Assembly (NCBI GenBank): GCA_024137785.1
Contig: JAHRHZ010000069.1
Coordinates: 22,032,750 to 22,096,749 of the forward strand
DNA length: 64,000 nt
Direction: 5' to 3'
Origin: Ginglymostoma cirratum
Lineage: Eukaryota
Shown: in pieces, positions 38,830 to 51,666 of the stretch
Layout: each line of letters opens with the position of its first letter
Position numbering within the stretch: position 1 is the first letter of the stretch
Notes under the pieces: generated by a model
Told to the model about the DNA's origin: nothing
The model's database searches: none
Seen by the model: only the letters and a program-made list of their open reading frames with translations
Position numbers and translations under genes: made by a program

Positions 38830-39718
38830 AATGCTAATCGGGCCGAGTCAGTATAATTCGTAAAAAGGAAATCGTAGTTGTCTAATCCATTGCAGTTGTG
38901 TGAGGAAGTAGCAGGGGTTGCTTATAAAAGGCAGCTGATAACTGTACTAAGATTTCAAAAATGCGTTTGACAAGGTGCCGCATCAAAGGTTATTGTGCAA
39001 AATAAAAATTCATCGAGTATTGGGTAGTATATTGGCATGGTTAGAAGATTGGCTGCCTAACAGGAAGCAGAGTGCAAATAATGGATCTTTTTCAATTTGG
39101 CAAAAGGTAATGAATGCTGCGCCACAGATCAGTGCTGGAACCTTAATTGTTTACAATTATATAAATGACTCGCATGAAGGGACAGAAGACACGATGCCAA
39201 ATTTGCTGTTGCCACAAAGATAGATTGGAAAGCAAGTTGTGAAGAGGATAAAAGGAGGCTGCAAAACTCATGGCATAGATGGGTAGCATATTGGCATTGA
39301 TAGGCATGAAAAATGAAATATAAAATGGAAAATGTTATTTCTTTTCATTTTGGTATGAAGAATAAAAACAAAAGCAGATTACCTAAATGGTAAGAGAGCG
39401 CAGAGCTGTGAAATAGATGAATTTTGATGTCCGTGTGCACGAATGACTAAAGTTAGTCAGCACGGACTGCAAATAATTAACAAAGATTATAGAATGTTGT
39501 ATTTTATAAGAGAATATTTGAACATGTGTGTGGTGAGATTATGCTTCAGATATACAGGGCACTAATGAGACCACATCTACTGCATCGATCATCTTATTTA
39601 AGGGAGGATATGAACGTGTTGGAGGCAGTCTAGAGAAGGTTTAGGAGTAAGGTAAAAATGGTAAGTTGACCTGTGAGAAAGGCTTGTACAGGTTGGATGT
39701 GTGATTTGATTGAAACAT
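38830..39718 (+). mobile_element. old CR1 RT fragment, left part
   Basis: DFQK/AFDKVPHQRLLCKIK...LAWLEDWL.NRKQ. Ends at DLIET. Confidence 0.8.
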
Positions 39719-39721
39719 GGA

Positions 39722-40018
39722 ATAACATAAGTGTTATTGAACAGAAAGGTACAATTCAGCCCAGTGTACCTGCAGCAGCTTGTTAGATGAGCATCATTAC
39801 CTCACGCCAATCTCCTAATTTTTCCCCAAACCCTTGCACATCATTTTTATCCAAATAATCTGCCAGTGCTGCCATGAATGCTCAATTGAACTGGCTTCCA
39901 GTGCATTCCATGCTTTTGCTACTTGGTGAGTGAACAAGTCTTTCCTCACATTGCCCTGTTTTTTGGTTTGCATTTCACTTTAAGTCTGTGCCCTTTTGTC
40001 CTTGTTCATTTTACAGTC
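39722..40018 (-). mobile_element. CR1 3' fragment inserted antisense into the older CR1
   Basis: Reverse CR1 tail (attcagccc), plus gcattccatg...aagtctttcctcac (FFT..V..W) and ttaagtctgtgccc (RGH.LK). Confidence 0.65.
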
Positions 40019-40020
40019 CT

Positions 40021-40372
40021 TTTAAGACCCTGCGAGATCTTGACAGAATAGATGTGGAGAAGATGCTTCTTCTTGTGGAACAGTCTAGAACTAGAGGTCA
40101 ATGATGAAAAATCAGGGGTTGACTATTTAAAACAGAGATGACCCCTTTCTTTTCTCTCAGGATGTCACACGTCTATGGAACAGCCTCTTCCTGAAAAGGT
40201 GGTGGAAGCAGAATCCATAATTTTTAAGGCAGGAGCGGATCGATTCTTGTTCAGCCAAGAGGTGAAAGGATATCAGATAGGCAGGAATGTGGACTTGAGT
40301 TTCCACTCAGATCAGCAATTGAAGTCCTGAGGGTCTGAATGCCTTACATTTTTTCCAAATGTATGTGTTGCA
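40021..40372 (+). mobile_element. old CR1, right part
   Basis: KTLRDLDRIDVEKM..SRTRG, then a CR1 3' UTR (agatcagc...agggtctgaatgcc). Confidence 0.75.
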
Positions 40373-40642
40373 TGTTTCATCTCTGTAGTCTGTAACTTTT
40401 GTTTCTTCAGCTAGGGTATTTGGTTTGAAAGGAATGTGACACTCATCCATGTATCAAATTTGAAGTCAATGAGATGTCAATTGACAGACTCTGTTAAATT
40501 TGAGTTGGTTGGATCGTCAGTTTCCCCTAGGAATGCTATGGTGGTGGTTCCATTATAAGTGAAGTATGTTGAACATCAAATTCTGAACTGAATAAACTGA
40601 ACCCTCATCTTTTTGTGAAGGTCCATGACTTTGGAGCTAAAG

Positions 40643-41549
40643 TAGTAAGTTTGCAGATGACACCAAAATTGGTGATGTAGTGGACAGCCAAGAAAGGTAC
40701 CTCAGAGTACAACAGGACCTTGATCAGATGGGCAGGTGGGCCGAGGAGTGGCAGATGGAATTTAATCTAGATAAATGTGAGGTAAACCCAGGTCGGACGT
40801 ATACACTTAATGGTAAGGTGCTGGGGAGTGTTGCTGAACATAGAGACCTAGGAGTGCAGATTCATAGTTCCTTGAAAGTAGAGTCACAGGTAGATAGGAT
40901 AGTCAAGAAGACATTTGATATGCTTGCCTTTATTGGTCAGTGCATTGAGTATAGGAGTTAGGAGGTCTATTGTGGCTGTACAGGACTTTGGTCAGGCCAC
41001 TTTTGGAATGCTGCTTACAGTTCTGGTCTCCCTGCTATAGGAAGGATGTTGTGAAACCTGAAAGGGTTCAGAAAAGATTTACAAGGATGTTGGCGGGGTT
41101 GGCAGGTTTGAGCTCTAGGGAGAGGCTGAATAGGCTGGGGCTGTTTTCCCTCGAGCATTTGAAGGTTGAGGGATGACCTTATAGATCTTTTTAAAATCAT
41201 GAGGGGCTTGGATAGGGTGAATAGGCAAGGTCTTTTCCCCAGGGTAGCGAAGTCCAAAACTAGAGGGCATAGGTTTAAGGTGAGAGGGGAAAGGTTTAAA
41301 AGTGACTAAAGAAACAACTTCTTTGTGCAGAGGGTGGTTCATGTATGGAATGAGCTGCCAGAGGTGGTGGTAGAGGCTGGCATAATTACAACATTTAAAA
41401 GTCATTTGGATGGGTATATGAATAGGAAGGGTTTAGAGGGATATGGGCCAAATACTGACATATGGGACTAGATTAATTTAGGATGTCTGGCATGTATGAG
41501 TTGCATTGAAGGGTCTGTTTCTATGCTGTACCATTCTATGACTCTATGA
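40643..41549 (+). mobile_element. 5'-truncated CR1/HER1-type LINE
   Basis: SKFADDTKIG (FADD at 40650-40661), WQMEFNLDKCEV and LVRPLLECCLQFWSPCYRKD. Tail is ctatgactctatga. Confidence 0.95.
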
Positions 41550-42257
41550 TAATTGTTAATATGCACTTCAGAGTCCTTGTTGTGACCCTCTGCAGATCAG
41601 TTTGTCATGTGGTTCTTTGATTCTAGTGGTTCTCATTCCTTTCAAATTAATCAATCTTCATGCTTAAAGTCACAAGTACACTATTCATTTACAAATGGAG
41701 ATCATTGTTGGGCTTGATGTGAACAAACAACTTTTTCAAGGCTCAAAATAGAGCAGAGTCCAACTGCTTTAAAGTTGAAAGTTAATTAGAGTAGGTTTGC
41801 AGTGGTTTCTCAAAAAATGACTATGAAACAGAAAGGTAGCTGTGTTACCATTTTTGTACATGTCGTTCATGTATGTTCTCCTTAGTGCATGCTACATATC
41901 TCCATTTGCTGAAATCAGCTTACATTCTTTGGCTGTTTACAATGCTACTGTTTTTCCATGATTGTTCCAGGCGAACTTATGTACGTGGATACATGTCAAT
42001 TAGCAGGCACAGACATCGTTTGTGCAGATCTCAAGATATTTCGTAGCTAGGGCAATCAACAGAGTGCCAGTAAATATGCAACTTTTTCTCCCCAAGGTGA
42101 AAAGGACAACATAAATAACCTGACAGTTGTGTGTGGATAGTGAAATCCTGCAATTGCGTAAAGTTTTTATGTTTATTTGCCCCAGTGTATTTTATTTATC
42201 CACGTGTTATATAAAAAAGTTTGTTATAGATTTTATTTAAGATGTATAATTTTCCTT

Positions 42258-42380
42258 AGGTCGTTCTGTGATGCAGTGATAGAATCCGTACCTTTGGGCC
42301 AGAAACTCTGGGTTCAAGTTCCACTTCAGGTTCTGATAGTTGTGGAAAATGGGATCATCAGGTAGATTGTCAACCTGTAA
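42258..42380 (+). mobile_element. short tRNA-derived SINE (family S4)
   Basis: gtgatgcagtgatag (A box), gggttcaagttcc (B box) and the end caggtagatt. Related copies lie at 60622 and 62228. Confidence 0.5.
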
Positions 42381-45049
42381 TTCCAATAAGAGCTGGAGAG
42401 TTTCCAGTTGTGTTGCACTGCTGAAAGTGATGGAAAACTTTATAGTACTTTGCCAAGTTTAATCATGGACTAATCCAGGGGAAGATCATGGCCACTCTTG
42501 CCATGTTAGGGTACTTGAAGAGAAAGAGTGAGTGTCTACCACAGATATTTGGGGCTATACCCTGCTATTCCACTCAACATTGGAAAATGGGGTAAAACTA
42601 CACGTGAGAACTGCATTAGAGATTTCTAGTATTATCTATTGATGTATGCAGACAAAGTCAAGGGAATTTTATTCATCGAGAAGTGGTATGCTGCTTTTGC
42701 TCACAATATATATCAGTCGTGTTTTTTCATTGTTTGTGTCATGGTAGCTTTGATAGTACCTCTGCTATCACCCCTTGGTTACCTTGAACTAATGTTGGAT
42801 TTAGTGGATGCTTGCATTGGCCGCTGGTGGGCATTTGTTGCAGAAAGATCCTATTTATTTTGGCTAACAAATAGAAAAGAACCAGCTGGAGCAATAATCT
42901 CTTTTCCTTACTGATTCAGTCATGATGCAATGTTTACCGCCACACTCAAGATGACATTTAAATTATTAAAAGGCAGCAATATAACTTCAATGGCTGTGAA
43001 ATGGACGTTTCAATAAACCTCATGCCTTGTCAATGTATTTTTCATGATGAATAAAGTGGAGAATATGTCCAGTGTGCACATGATTTATAAGTATAATATT
43101 ATGCCACAACATACAGCATAACTTCTCAAGTATTTAGTTCAAAAATCATATTTCTGATGAACATGTTTTCTTTCTGACTGTACATTCTATGAGGTGGTTG
43201 ATTAGTTTCAGGTTAAAAGCTTATAAATTAGATACAAAAGAGTCCACGCTTGACATTGCTCTGACATTGAGCGTGAACAGAAACACTAATGCCAGACCGT
43301 ACTGAATGTTGTGTTTGGTTTAAAACCATGTCACTGACCCCAAATAAGAAAATGTCATTGTCTCAGAGCGAAAATATAGATGATTAGTTTGTCAGTAAGT
43401 TTTTGTTTTTAATGATAAATTCTATGACACAGATTTTGTAGTTGTTGGCAAACGAATGCTATTTGACCTTGAAGAAACCTTTCTATGAAGATCAAGTGAT
43501 CTTTGTGGTATAAACTTTAACTTTCCCAACATGAATTTCATTTTATTACTAGCTGTAAAAAATCTCCAGTACCTGGTAACGTTGATGCCGTGAAGTAGCA
43601 AAGGCATACGAATCAATATATGGTGGAGGTCTACCCAGTGATGAACTCAGTCAAGTTAAATCTTTAAGTGAATCAGAAGCATACTCAGGCCACATTGAAG
43701 GATTCTCACAGATAGTAAACCAGGAAGTAAGCAGTGGGCCTTTGCTGCCATGTTTATAATTTTGTAGAAAGTGGAAGAAAGCTTGAGTTTGTGCATGGAA
43801 TGAATGTAGAAGCTGAAATATAATAAGTTTTAAAAACATGTTATTTTCACAAAATATGGAATTTATACCAAGTAGTTGAATAATTCAATGTTCTGAGAAA
43901 CACAATGACTTTTTCAGGGCCAGAGAAGTAATTTTGCCAGCAATTATGACTCAGTAAACTATTAACAACCAAGTTAACACCTCTTTCAACAATGTGTATA
44001 TTTCCCAAGGGTAAGAAATAGAAATTCCCATGTGTGATGATTTCTACTTGATTACCATCTGTGGAGACTTCACCTATACATCCTATGAAGAAGTGTAGAA
44101 TTGTTGACAAGAACTTGGGGATTTCCAAATCCAGCCGCACACAATGGATTCCAGAAATTGCTGCCTGTTTCAGAGTAATGACCATGAATGCTGGTAGTTT
44201 TACATATTGTTATTGTGGCTGTCATTCTTTGGAAGGAGATATTTTTCAATTTCCTGTAATCTGGCTAATTACCTTGTTGTTATCACTTTGGCCAAAAGGA
44301 AGCTGTTTTTGTGATGTCACGGTTTGATGGAAACACATTTGAAAAGTAAATTGGCAAACCTTTTTTGGTTTAGTTGAATCTGAATGAACTGTACTAGATT
44401 TTAGGATCTCCACAAATCAGACTTAAAGGTAAAACTTGTGAACAAAGCACTGATCATGTACAGACAATTAATAGTTCCATATTCCTGCTTTGTCAATTAA
44501 ATTCAAACTAGCAGGCAAAGAATCTGATATTATTCATTTTCCATAAGTTGGGATTCTGTAGGTGATCTGCCACAGCGCAGCAATGCTTTGCAGTCCAACA
44601 CGGTTGAGATTTGGTTTCGATATGTAATCAAGAGAACTCAATTTTTTAAAAATTTTGATGCTGGTCACAAGAAAACTTGTTTTGCCAGGTTGCCATTCCT
44701 TCACCACTGACATATCTCATCAGGTGCTGGGGAAAAATTCAGATTGATAATTACCGGCCTGCAAATCAGATCACTGTTTGAAAAAAAATGCAACTTGTTA
44801 TGCTGTGAAATTAAGTAGGAAATAAGATAAAACAAGATAAAATGGAATGTATAGGGGATAGAAAGTATTACAATCAAGAAAAGGCAGCAGAGATAATTTT
44901 GAAGATGTTATTGTGGTAATTTTCTTTTCTTTCTGAAGACAATCCGTGCAACATGATTCTGTGAATGGTCCTTCAGTAACTTGATGAAAATTGTCAGCAG
45001 CTAATTACACTGCAGTGCAGGGCAACACAGTTCAACAGACTTGTATTTA

Positions 45050-45230
45050 CACAAATTGCTTCACAGCAACATGATCAACAAAATTTGACACTAAGCTACA
45101 TGTGGAGTTACAACAACCGATAATCAAAAGCCTGATGAGTGAAGTAGGTTCAAAGGGCATCTCAAAAGTGTAAAAGAGGGGTGGACAAGCTTTATGGAGC
45201 TTGGTCTGAACTGTTCTTAGCCAGTGGACA
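45050..45230 (-). mobile_element. L2-like 3' end remnant
   Basis: aaaatttgacactaagc...caaaagcctg...gaagtaggttcaaagggcatctcaaa resembles a reversed L2 3' end (recalled, not searched). Confidence 0.4.
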
Positions 45231-46552
45231 GAAAGGTATAATTCAGCAGAAAGGGCTGGCATAAAATCAGGAGCAGTAATAATGAACCAATGTTCTGTCT
45301 TTTAACCAAGGAGTGTTGAAATCCAGTGTGTGTTGAAGTCCTGTCACTGCCTAGGTTGAAAATGATTCTTTCAGCATTGACTAGGGATGGAACATGGGAT
45401 CTTCCAGATGTGTATGACTTCTCTGTTGGCTGGACAACTTTGTGATCCACCAGCAAGATGACGTTAAAAACCCTTTTGTAAAATAGTTAAGAATGCTATA
45501 TTTTAGTGGTGTCACATTAATATGGTTTGCTTTGGCTCTATTCCTGATATTTTGGTACAGTATTAACAGTGCCTGTGTACATATTTTTCAAAATAACTTG
45601 CGGCTTTAGGGAGATGTACCACTGGCATTGCGTGTGTGGCTATCTGTGCATGCGTATCAGTATACACATGCTTACGTGTGATTGTTACTGGACTTTGTTG
45701 ACAATCTCTCAGAAACATTTTTAAAGTCTGTCCTGCATGGTTCAATCAATAAAGTCTTTCTTTAGACTTGCAATGACTGGAATATTGATTAACTAAATTA
45801 ACTGCTACAAACTCTTGCCATCTGTCAAGAATGTTGTAAAAGTGTTCTGACTGACAGGAAGGTAGTTTATATAATTATGAAAAACTTCTGTAATTTTGGA
45901 AATAGCTCAGGGCTTTCTTTTGACTACATGATGGGATCTGTCATGTTGGATTTTGTTTTGTGCTAGCCATTATTCTTCAGTATATTTTATCAAAGTTATT
46001 TTTAAAAGAAGACAAGCTGTTTGACTTTTCCATTCCTGAGCTGTTTTAAAAACTCTAAATCCAAATTTTTGTTTCTGGTCATTGAACTCTAGCCTGTGAA
46101 TCTTGTAACTGTTACATAATAATGATTTAAATTAAAAAATCAGTTAGGCAGTTAATAGCTGTGGATATTTTACATAAGTTTGAAGAAAAATATAGAGGCT
46201 TTATAATTTTCACTTGAAGTTCAATTAAGTTGATAAGCCTTTACTCCCATAAATATGTGTTGCCATCTTTAGAACCTGGATTAGATGATGAAAGCAATCT
46301 CTAGTCTTCTGAACTACTGTAATCCTGGTTTGTGGCTGCAGCACAGCTTTCTAGCTGTGACATAAATCTCTGCCGTTTTTGGAAATGTGTTTTGAAACAA
46401 GATTTTTTTGACATTTAATTTATCACGATCTGATGAAGGATGAATTCAAGGTTAACACGTCATGTTGTTGACACAAGAAAATGTAAGTGTATGTTGACAT
46501 GAAGTATTGTATGAAAAATTGGAAAAGAAACGTTTGCACGTCTTAATTCGCA

Positions 46553-46848
46553 GGGATGGCACGGTGGCTCAGTGGTTAGCATTGATGCCTCATAACATCA
46601 GGGACCCAGGTTTGATTCCAGCCTTGGCTGACTGTCTGTGTGGAGTTTGCATGTTCTCCCTGTGTCTGTGTGGGAGTTTTCCACCTGCTCTGGTTTCCTC
46701 CCACGATCCAAAGATGTGCAGACTTGGTGGATTAGCCATGGTAAATACAGAGTTATGGGAATAGGATAGGGACCTGCGTCTCGGTGGAATGGCTATTCAG
46801 AGAGTCGCTGCAGACTCAGTGGGCTGAATGGCCTCTTTCCGCACTGCA
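46553..46848 (+). mobile_element. HE1-type V-SINE
   Basis: ggcacggtggctcagtggttagc, ggtttgattcc, V core and tail gggctgaatggcctctttcc. Confidence 0.9.
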
Positions 46849-47992
46849 CTGACCCATATCCTTTGGATTATTACTCCATGACTTTACCACTATATCACTG
46901 TAGCCTCCATTGGAGGTAGGATACATGATTGTTTTAAATGCTGTATGAAGCAGATGCTATTTACAAAGTTGTGTTAGTCTATGAAACAGAATGCCCTAAA
47001 TTTTAACTACGCCCTCCCTCTGGAAGATTCTTTTGAGTACTGTTTTATTTTGCAGGCCTTGTGCACTAATAAACCAACAAACCTTGCAGCTCAACTTAGT
47101 CTATGGGTATGGTATGTATGTGGCATTTGACACTTCTTTCATGAGCAACTTGTAAACTGAATGGGTTGGGCAGCATGTGTTTTTAAGTGCCCAGCTGGAG
47201 TTCAGTTCCATGGAGGATGCAGACAGTAATGCTGTCAGGGGAAGTAAAGAACTAGGCCTGTACTTTGTACTTGGTTGTGCTTTGTACAGTGCAAGTTACC
47301 GACCTGGTACAAAAGAGTGTGGACTGTTTAAGCGTGTATCACATTTCAATGGTCATCTCTGCTAGTTTAAAAGACATTACTAAAAGCATGACCTGTCCAA
47401 TAAACCTGGCCATTTGTACCCAAAGATGGATTAACCACCAATGAGAATTTCAGCCAATTGTCTTCATTTTTAAGTGTTTGATGAGGTTCCAAAAATTATG
47501 GTGAGTTGGTTCATTTGGACACAAATGTACTAGTTGGAGCCTTTTAAAAGAATTTGTGTGCCATTATTTTATTTTACCAAAAAACTGTCATACCTCAGTA
47601 TCAAGTCTTTTTTTTCTATATATTGTTGCAAGTTATTATTATTTTAAATAGATGCAGGGTTGACTTATTTTTTGATATAAATAATATTCAGTGTATGAAT
47701 CAAATTATACCAATTTAAAAATCTTAAATATAATGAGTATATTTTCAAAAAAATTTCCCCACAAAAACAATGCCGTAAAAACACCGCCCAATGGTGCTTC
47801 TTCTGGGTAGAGTTCGTGTGTATCTGGTGATATGCAAAGGTGTTTGACCACGCCACTTGAGAAAAACTAAACAATTCTCAGAACGGGTGGGATCTTGGGC
47901 ACTCATCTCTCAATTTCCTCTCCTAATTAAAACCATTTTGGTTGAGGAGAGTTCTGCAGTCAGAGAGAATATTGTTTACAGCTGAGCATATT

Positions 47993-48255
47993 TTTTGATG
48001 GGATGTGGGTGTCATTGTCAAGGCTAGTACTTGTTGCTCGTCCCAGATTGCCCTTGAACTGGGTCCGTTGTAGAGGACAGTTAAGGGTGCACCATGTTGC
48101 TATGGGTCTACAGTCACATGTATGCCAGACCAGGTAAGGATGGCGGCTTCTCTTTCCTGAAGGGACACCAGTGAACCAGATGGGTCCTTATGACAATGGT
48201 TTTGATATCTAAACTACTGAGACCAGATTTCAATTCCAGATTATTGGCTAGATTT
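47993..48255 (-). mobile_element. SINE family S3 with CR1-group tail
   Basis: gggatgtgggtgtcatt...ttgcccttgaact (same tail as the LINE at 11520-12128), followed by cagaccaggtaagga...gtgaaccagatggg. Confidence 0.7.
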
Positions 48256-49199
48256 GCTTCTGGTCCAGGGCAAACGAGCTTTGAGCCTCCTATTTTGTTA
48301 CAGAATTCAGTACGATGTGAGCATTTAATGTTTCATATACAAGTAAATTCACAGAATAGCTGTTGTAATCAAAAAGCGTAAATGAGTTCAAATGTAATTT
48401 TTTACCACAAATCCCTCCTCTATCAATGACAACTGTTTACTTTTGATAACATCTCTCAGAAGTCTTGTGGGTACTGTGACTTGACCTCACCTAGTTTACC
48501 TTTACAGAACAACCATAGTTCTTTCACCTCGCAGATAAGTGCTTTGTTCAAGCATTAACTGAAACACTGACTAGCAGAACGGTGTAAGGACAAGTCATTC
48601 TGACTCTGGAGATGTATTGTGATTATATCAGGCCACTGTTTGTTTTTTCCAGAATGCACTTTGTATATTGTCCTGTCCCTTTTTAGATTTGTCTGTGCCA
48701 TTGAGAATGTAGAACTTTTTGCTCGCTCTTTTATTCTTGAGCTAAGTCTATGATTTCTAGTGGGCCGGTAGACTAAGTACAATTTTCGTTTGTTGTAGGA
48801 AAAAATAGCACATTCTTGAAGATATCATACTCTTTTGACAATTGTTTCAAATATAACAATAAGGTCCATGTTTTACAACTTGTCTAGAGGGAGTCAGAAG
48901 TGTAAACACTTTAAAATGTGTAGCATCCCTAAACTGCAATTTGTGAAATAGTTCATTGAAATAATTGTTAGTCACACAAATTTACAACACCTAATAGGTG
49001 TCCAAGTTTTTATGATAATCATGAAATAGGATTCACAAACTTTGAGCTTGCTTCTCTCTACCTTGTCTGTGTATCTGTGTCTATGTATGTATATGTGTGT
49101 ATAATTTAAATTTTAATTTCCAATGTCTATTTTTACAATGGAAATTTCTCCCACTGTAATTATTCCCACCAAATTGGAGACACAGAGAACCAGTACGTA

Positions 49200-49455
49200 T
49201 TTGTTTACTGTCTTTCATGACCTCAGGCCCCCTAAAGCGCAGGAAGTGGAGGACTTGTTGACTGTTGGTATATGGCATTGTTACCATGAACAGCAATGTG
49301 ATATTGGCAAAATATTCTGTTTTGGTGACATTGGTTGCAGCATAAATATTTGCCATGATACCAGGGAGAACTGCACCAGGATAATTTAATACAAGATTTT
49401 TTGCATTCACATGAAGGACTAGGCAGGAACTGAATTTAATGATTCATCCAAAATA
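49200..49455 (-). mobile_element. Deu-domain SINE (SacSINE1/AmnSINE-like) remnant
   Basis: Minus strand gttctccctggtatcatggcaaatatttat...aaccaatgtcaccaaaacaga...atcacattgctgtt matches the Deu domain as I recall it. The tail gcgctttaggggg-cctgaggtcatgaaag fits too. Confidence 0.7.
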
Positions 49456-49704
49456 TGTAGGAATCATCATTAAGTTGTGCATAAAAAGTAAAAATAAAAT
49501 TGCTTGCATATGAAGACAAGACAATCATGTTGGAAGAAATGAGAGACTGAAAAAAATTAGAAATTCTCACCTTTGTTTACATAAATACAGAATTTATTTT
49601 GAAAAGGTGATTCTGAGTTCTGATTTAAAGATGTTTGTGAAATCCTGATATTTCAGCGTTGCTCTCAGCAGAAAGCTATAACTTAGGGTAAAGTAAAAAA
49701 TGAT

Positions 49705-49885
49705 AAAGCTAAAGGTGCCATAGTCCGATCTAACCAGAAGGCTGCTCTCTCATTAAACAGAGACAACTGGTAATGGTTTAACCTGAGGGTCACCATACCT
49801 CAGGCAAGGGAAGAGGTTGAGAAAGAATGTCCTTAATGGCAACCTCAGTTGGTGTGGGAATTGAACCCAAGCTGTTGGCATCACT
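49705..49885 (-). mobile_element. SINE family S2, near full length
   Basis: gccatagtcc...ggctgctctctcatta...ggtttaacctgagggtcacca.acctcaggcaaggg...ggaattgaaccc. Confidence 0.75.
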
Positions 49886-51094
49886 AAATGGGAAAACCTT
49901 TTAGGGTAAGCAACCACAGTCTGTCAGCACCTGATGTTCCCTTACGACCACATCCCTGTTGGTTGAGATTTCCGTTAGGTCTAAAGCAAGGCAGTTTGTC
50001 ACATTTCATTTCAAAATAATGCACAGTTCATTTTGTGGAAAACCAGGTAAAATAATTTTGTGATGCATTGAAGATGAAAACACTCTGTCATTCTGCTTCT
50101 CAATGTTGCAGAAGATGATGATTGTTAGCAAAAAAGACCCTGCCCTTCGTCTCTGAGCTGTAACTGAATATGTTAAAGCTATTGAAGATAACAGCAGGAG
50201 GAGGCAAAATATAACCACACCTATAATTAATACTGATTGATGCAATTCAACTGGCAAAAAAAACTCACCACAGTGGTCTGCAGGTTACTTTGCTGTTCTA
50301 ATTTTGTTGAAAAAGTTCAAATTAATTTCCTACTAATAGACTAGAGCATACAGAATGTGTCCTTTGCTAAACAATTATTCAGAGCTTACTGTACCAAATT
50401 AGTGCACTGGTAAAGTGGAATTTCAAGGACAAAATGACATACGTCATTTGGTACTTTTAATTGTCCTATGCTTACCAATTTACATGGTTCACTTTTACAT
50501 TTTGTATCCGGCAGACTAATGAAGAGTTTATGGTAAAATAAATTTTGTGCATCTTATGCCAAGTTGCTTACATCTTACAATTCTGCATTTAGTTGAATTT
50601 CCACCCCATTAACTTTTACTTGTGTTGAAAGGCCTGTGGAGGTATATCAGCTCCTTCCAGTGGCCAGTGCAGTAAATTGAGATACAGAGCAAATTGACTA
50701 CAAACTAGTCTAGTGGTGAGTTTGTTAAAATTCCACACAATGTATTTACACCTTTCAAATGAATGATCAGCAAAGCCTGTTGACCAAGGCGTATTTTTGG
50801 ATAAATACTCCTTTCAGTTTCTAGTGTATTTACATCTTTGTTTCCAATAGTTCCAGGTTGAGAAGAGCATCTCACATGTTCTAATTGCCCCACTTTTATA
50901 TTCACAAAGAGAGGCATTACGCTCTCGATGGAATTTTCGTAAAGTATGTTTGTGGGTCCAAGATGTTTGACCCTGAAACCTTGCTTTATTTACAGAATAA
51001 AAAGCATCTGATTGAAGGAGGTCTTTTATGGTCGAATTCGGCGCTTAGTGTGAAGTATCATTTATACTGACTCCAGAAGACCAATGTTAATTAA

Positions 51095-51228
51095 AAACTG
51101 AAAGAACTGTGGATGCTGGAAATTGGGTACAAAAACAGAAATTGCTGTAAAAACTCAGCAGGACTGGCAACATCTGTGGAGATAAAGCAGAGTTAACATT
51201 TCAGATCCACTGACCCTTCTTCAGAACT
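51095..51228 (-). mobile_element. short family B pLTR-only insertion with 16-bp TSD
   Basis: TSD gaccaatgttaattaa (51079-51094) vs gactgatgttaattaa (51229-51244). A decayed hammerhead lies at 51191-51228. Confidence 0.85.
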
Positions 51229-51369
51229 GACTGATGTTAATTAACAGGTTTCCACTATTTTCACTGCGAGATCTGATTCTTTTATATTAAACTGTGTTGG
51301 CTTCTGGGTCTAGTTCTGAGTAACTTAACTGGATTTAGTATTGCAAATATTGATGGCTGGTAGTTAGTT

Positions 51370-51666
51370 TCATAGAATTATCATAGAACCCCCACAGTGT
51401 GGAAGTAGGCCATTAAGCCCATCAAGCCCACAGTGACCCTCCAAAGAGCATCCTACCCAGACCCAACCCCCTGCCCTTTCCCTGTAACCCTGCATCTCCC
51501 ATGGCTAACCCACCTAGCCTGCACATCTTTAGACTGCGGGAGGAAACCCATGCAGACGTGGGCTGAATGTGCAAACTCAACACAGACAGTCGCCTGAGGA
51601 TAGAATCGAAGCCAGGTCTCTGGCACTGTGAGGCAGCAGTGCTAACCACTGAACCACCATGCTGCT
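51370..51666 (-). mobile_element. HE1-type V-SINE
   Basis: Reverse complement of the 37067 and 46553 family, ending gctaaccactgaaccaccatgc. Confidence 0.9.
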
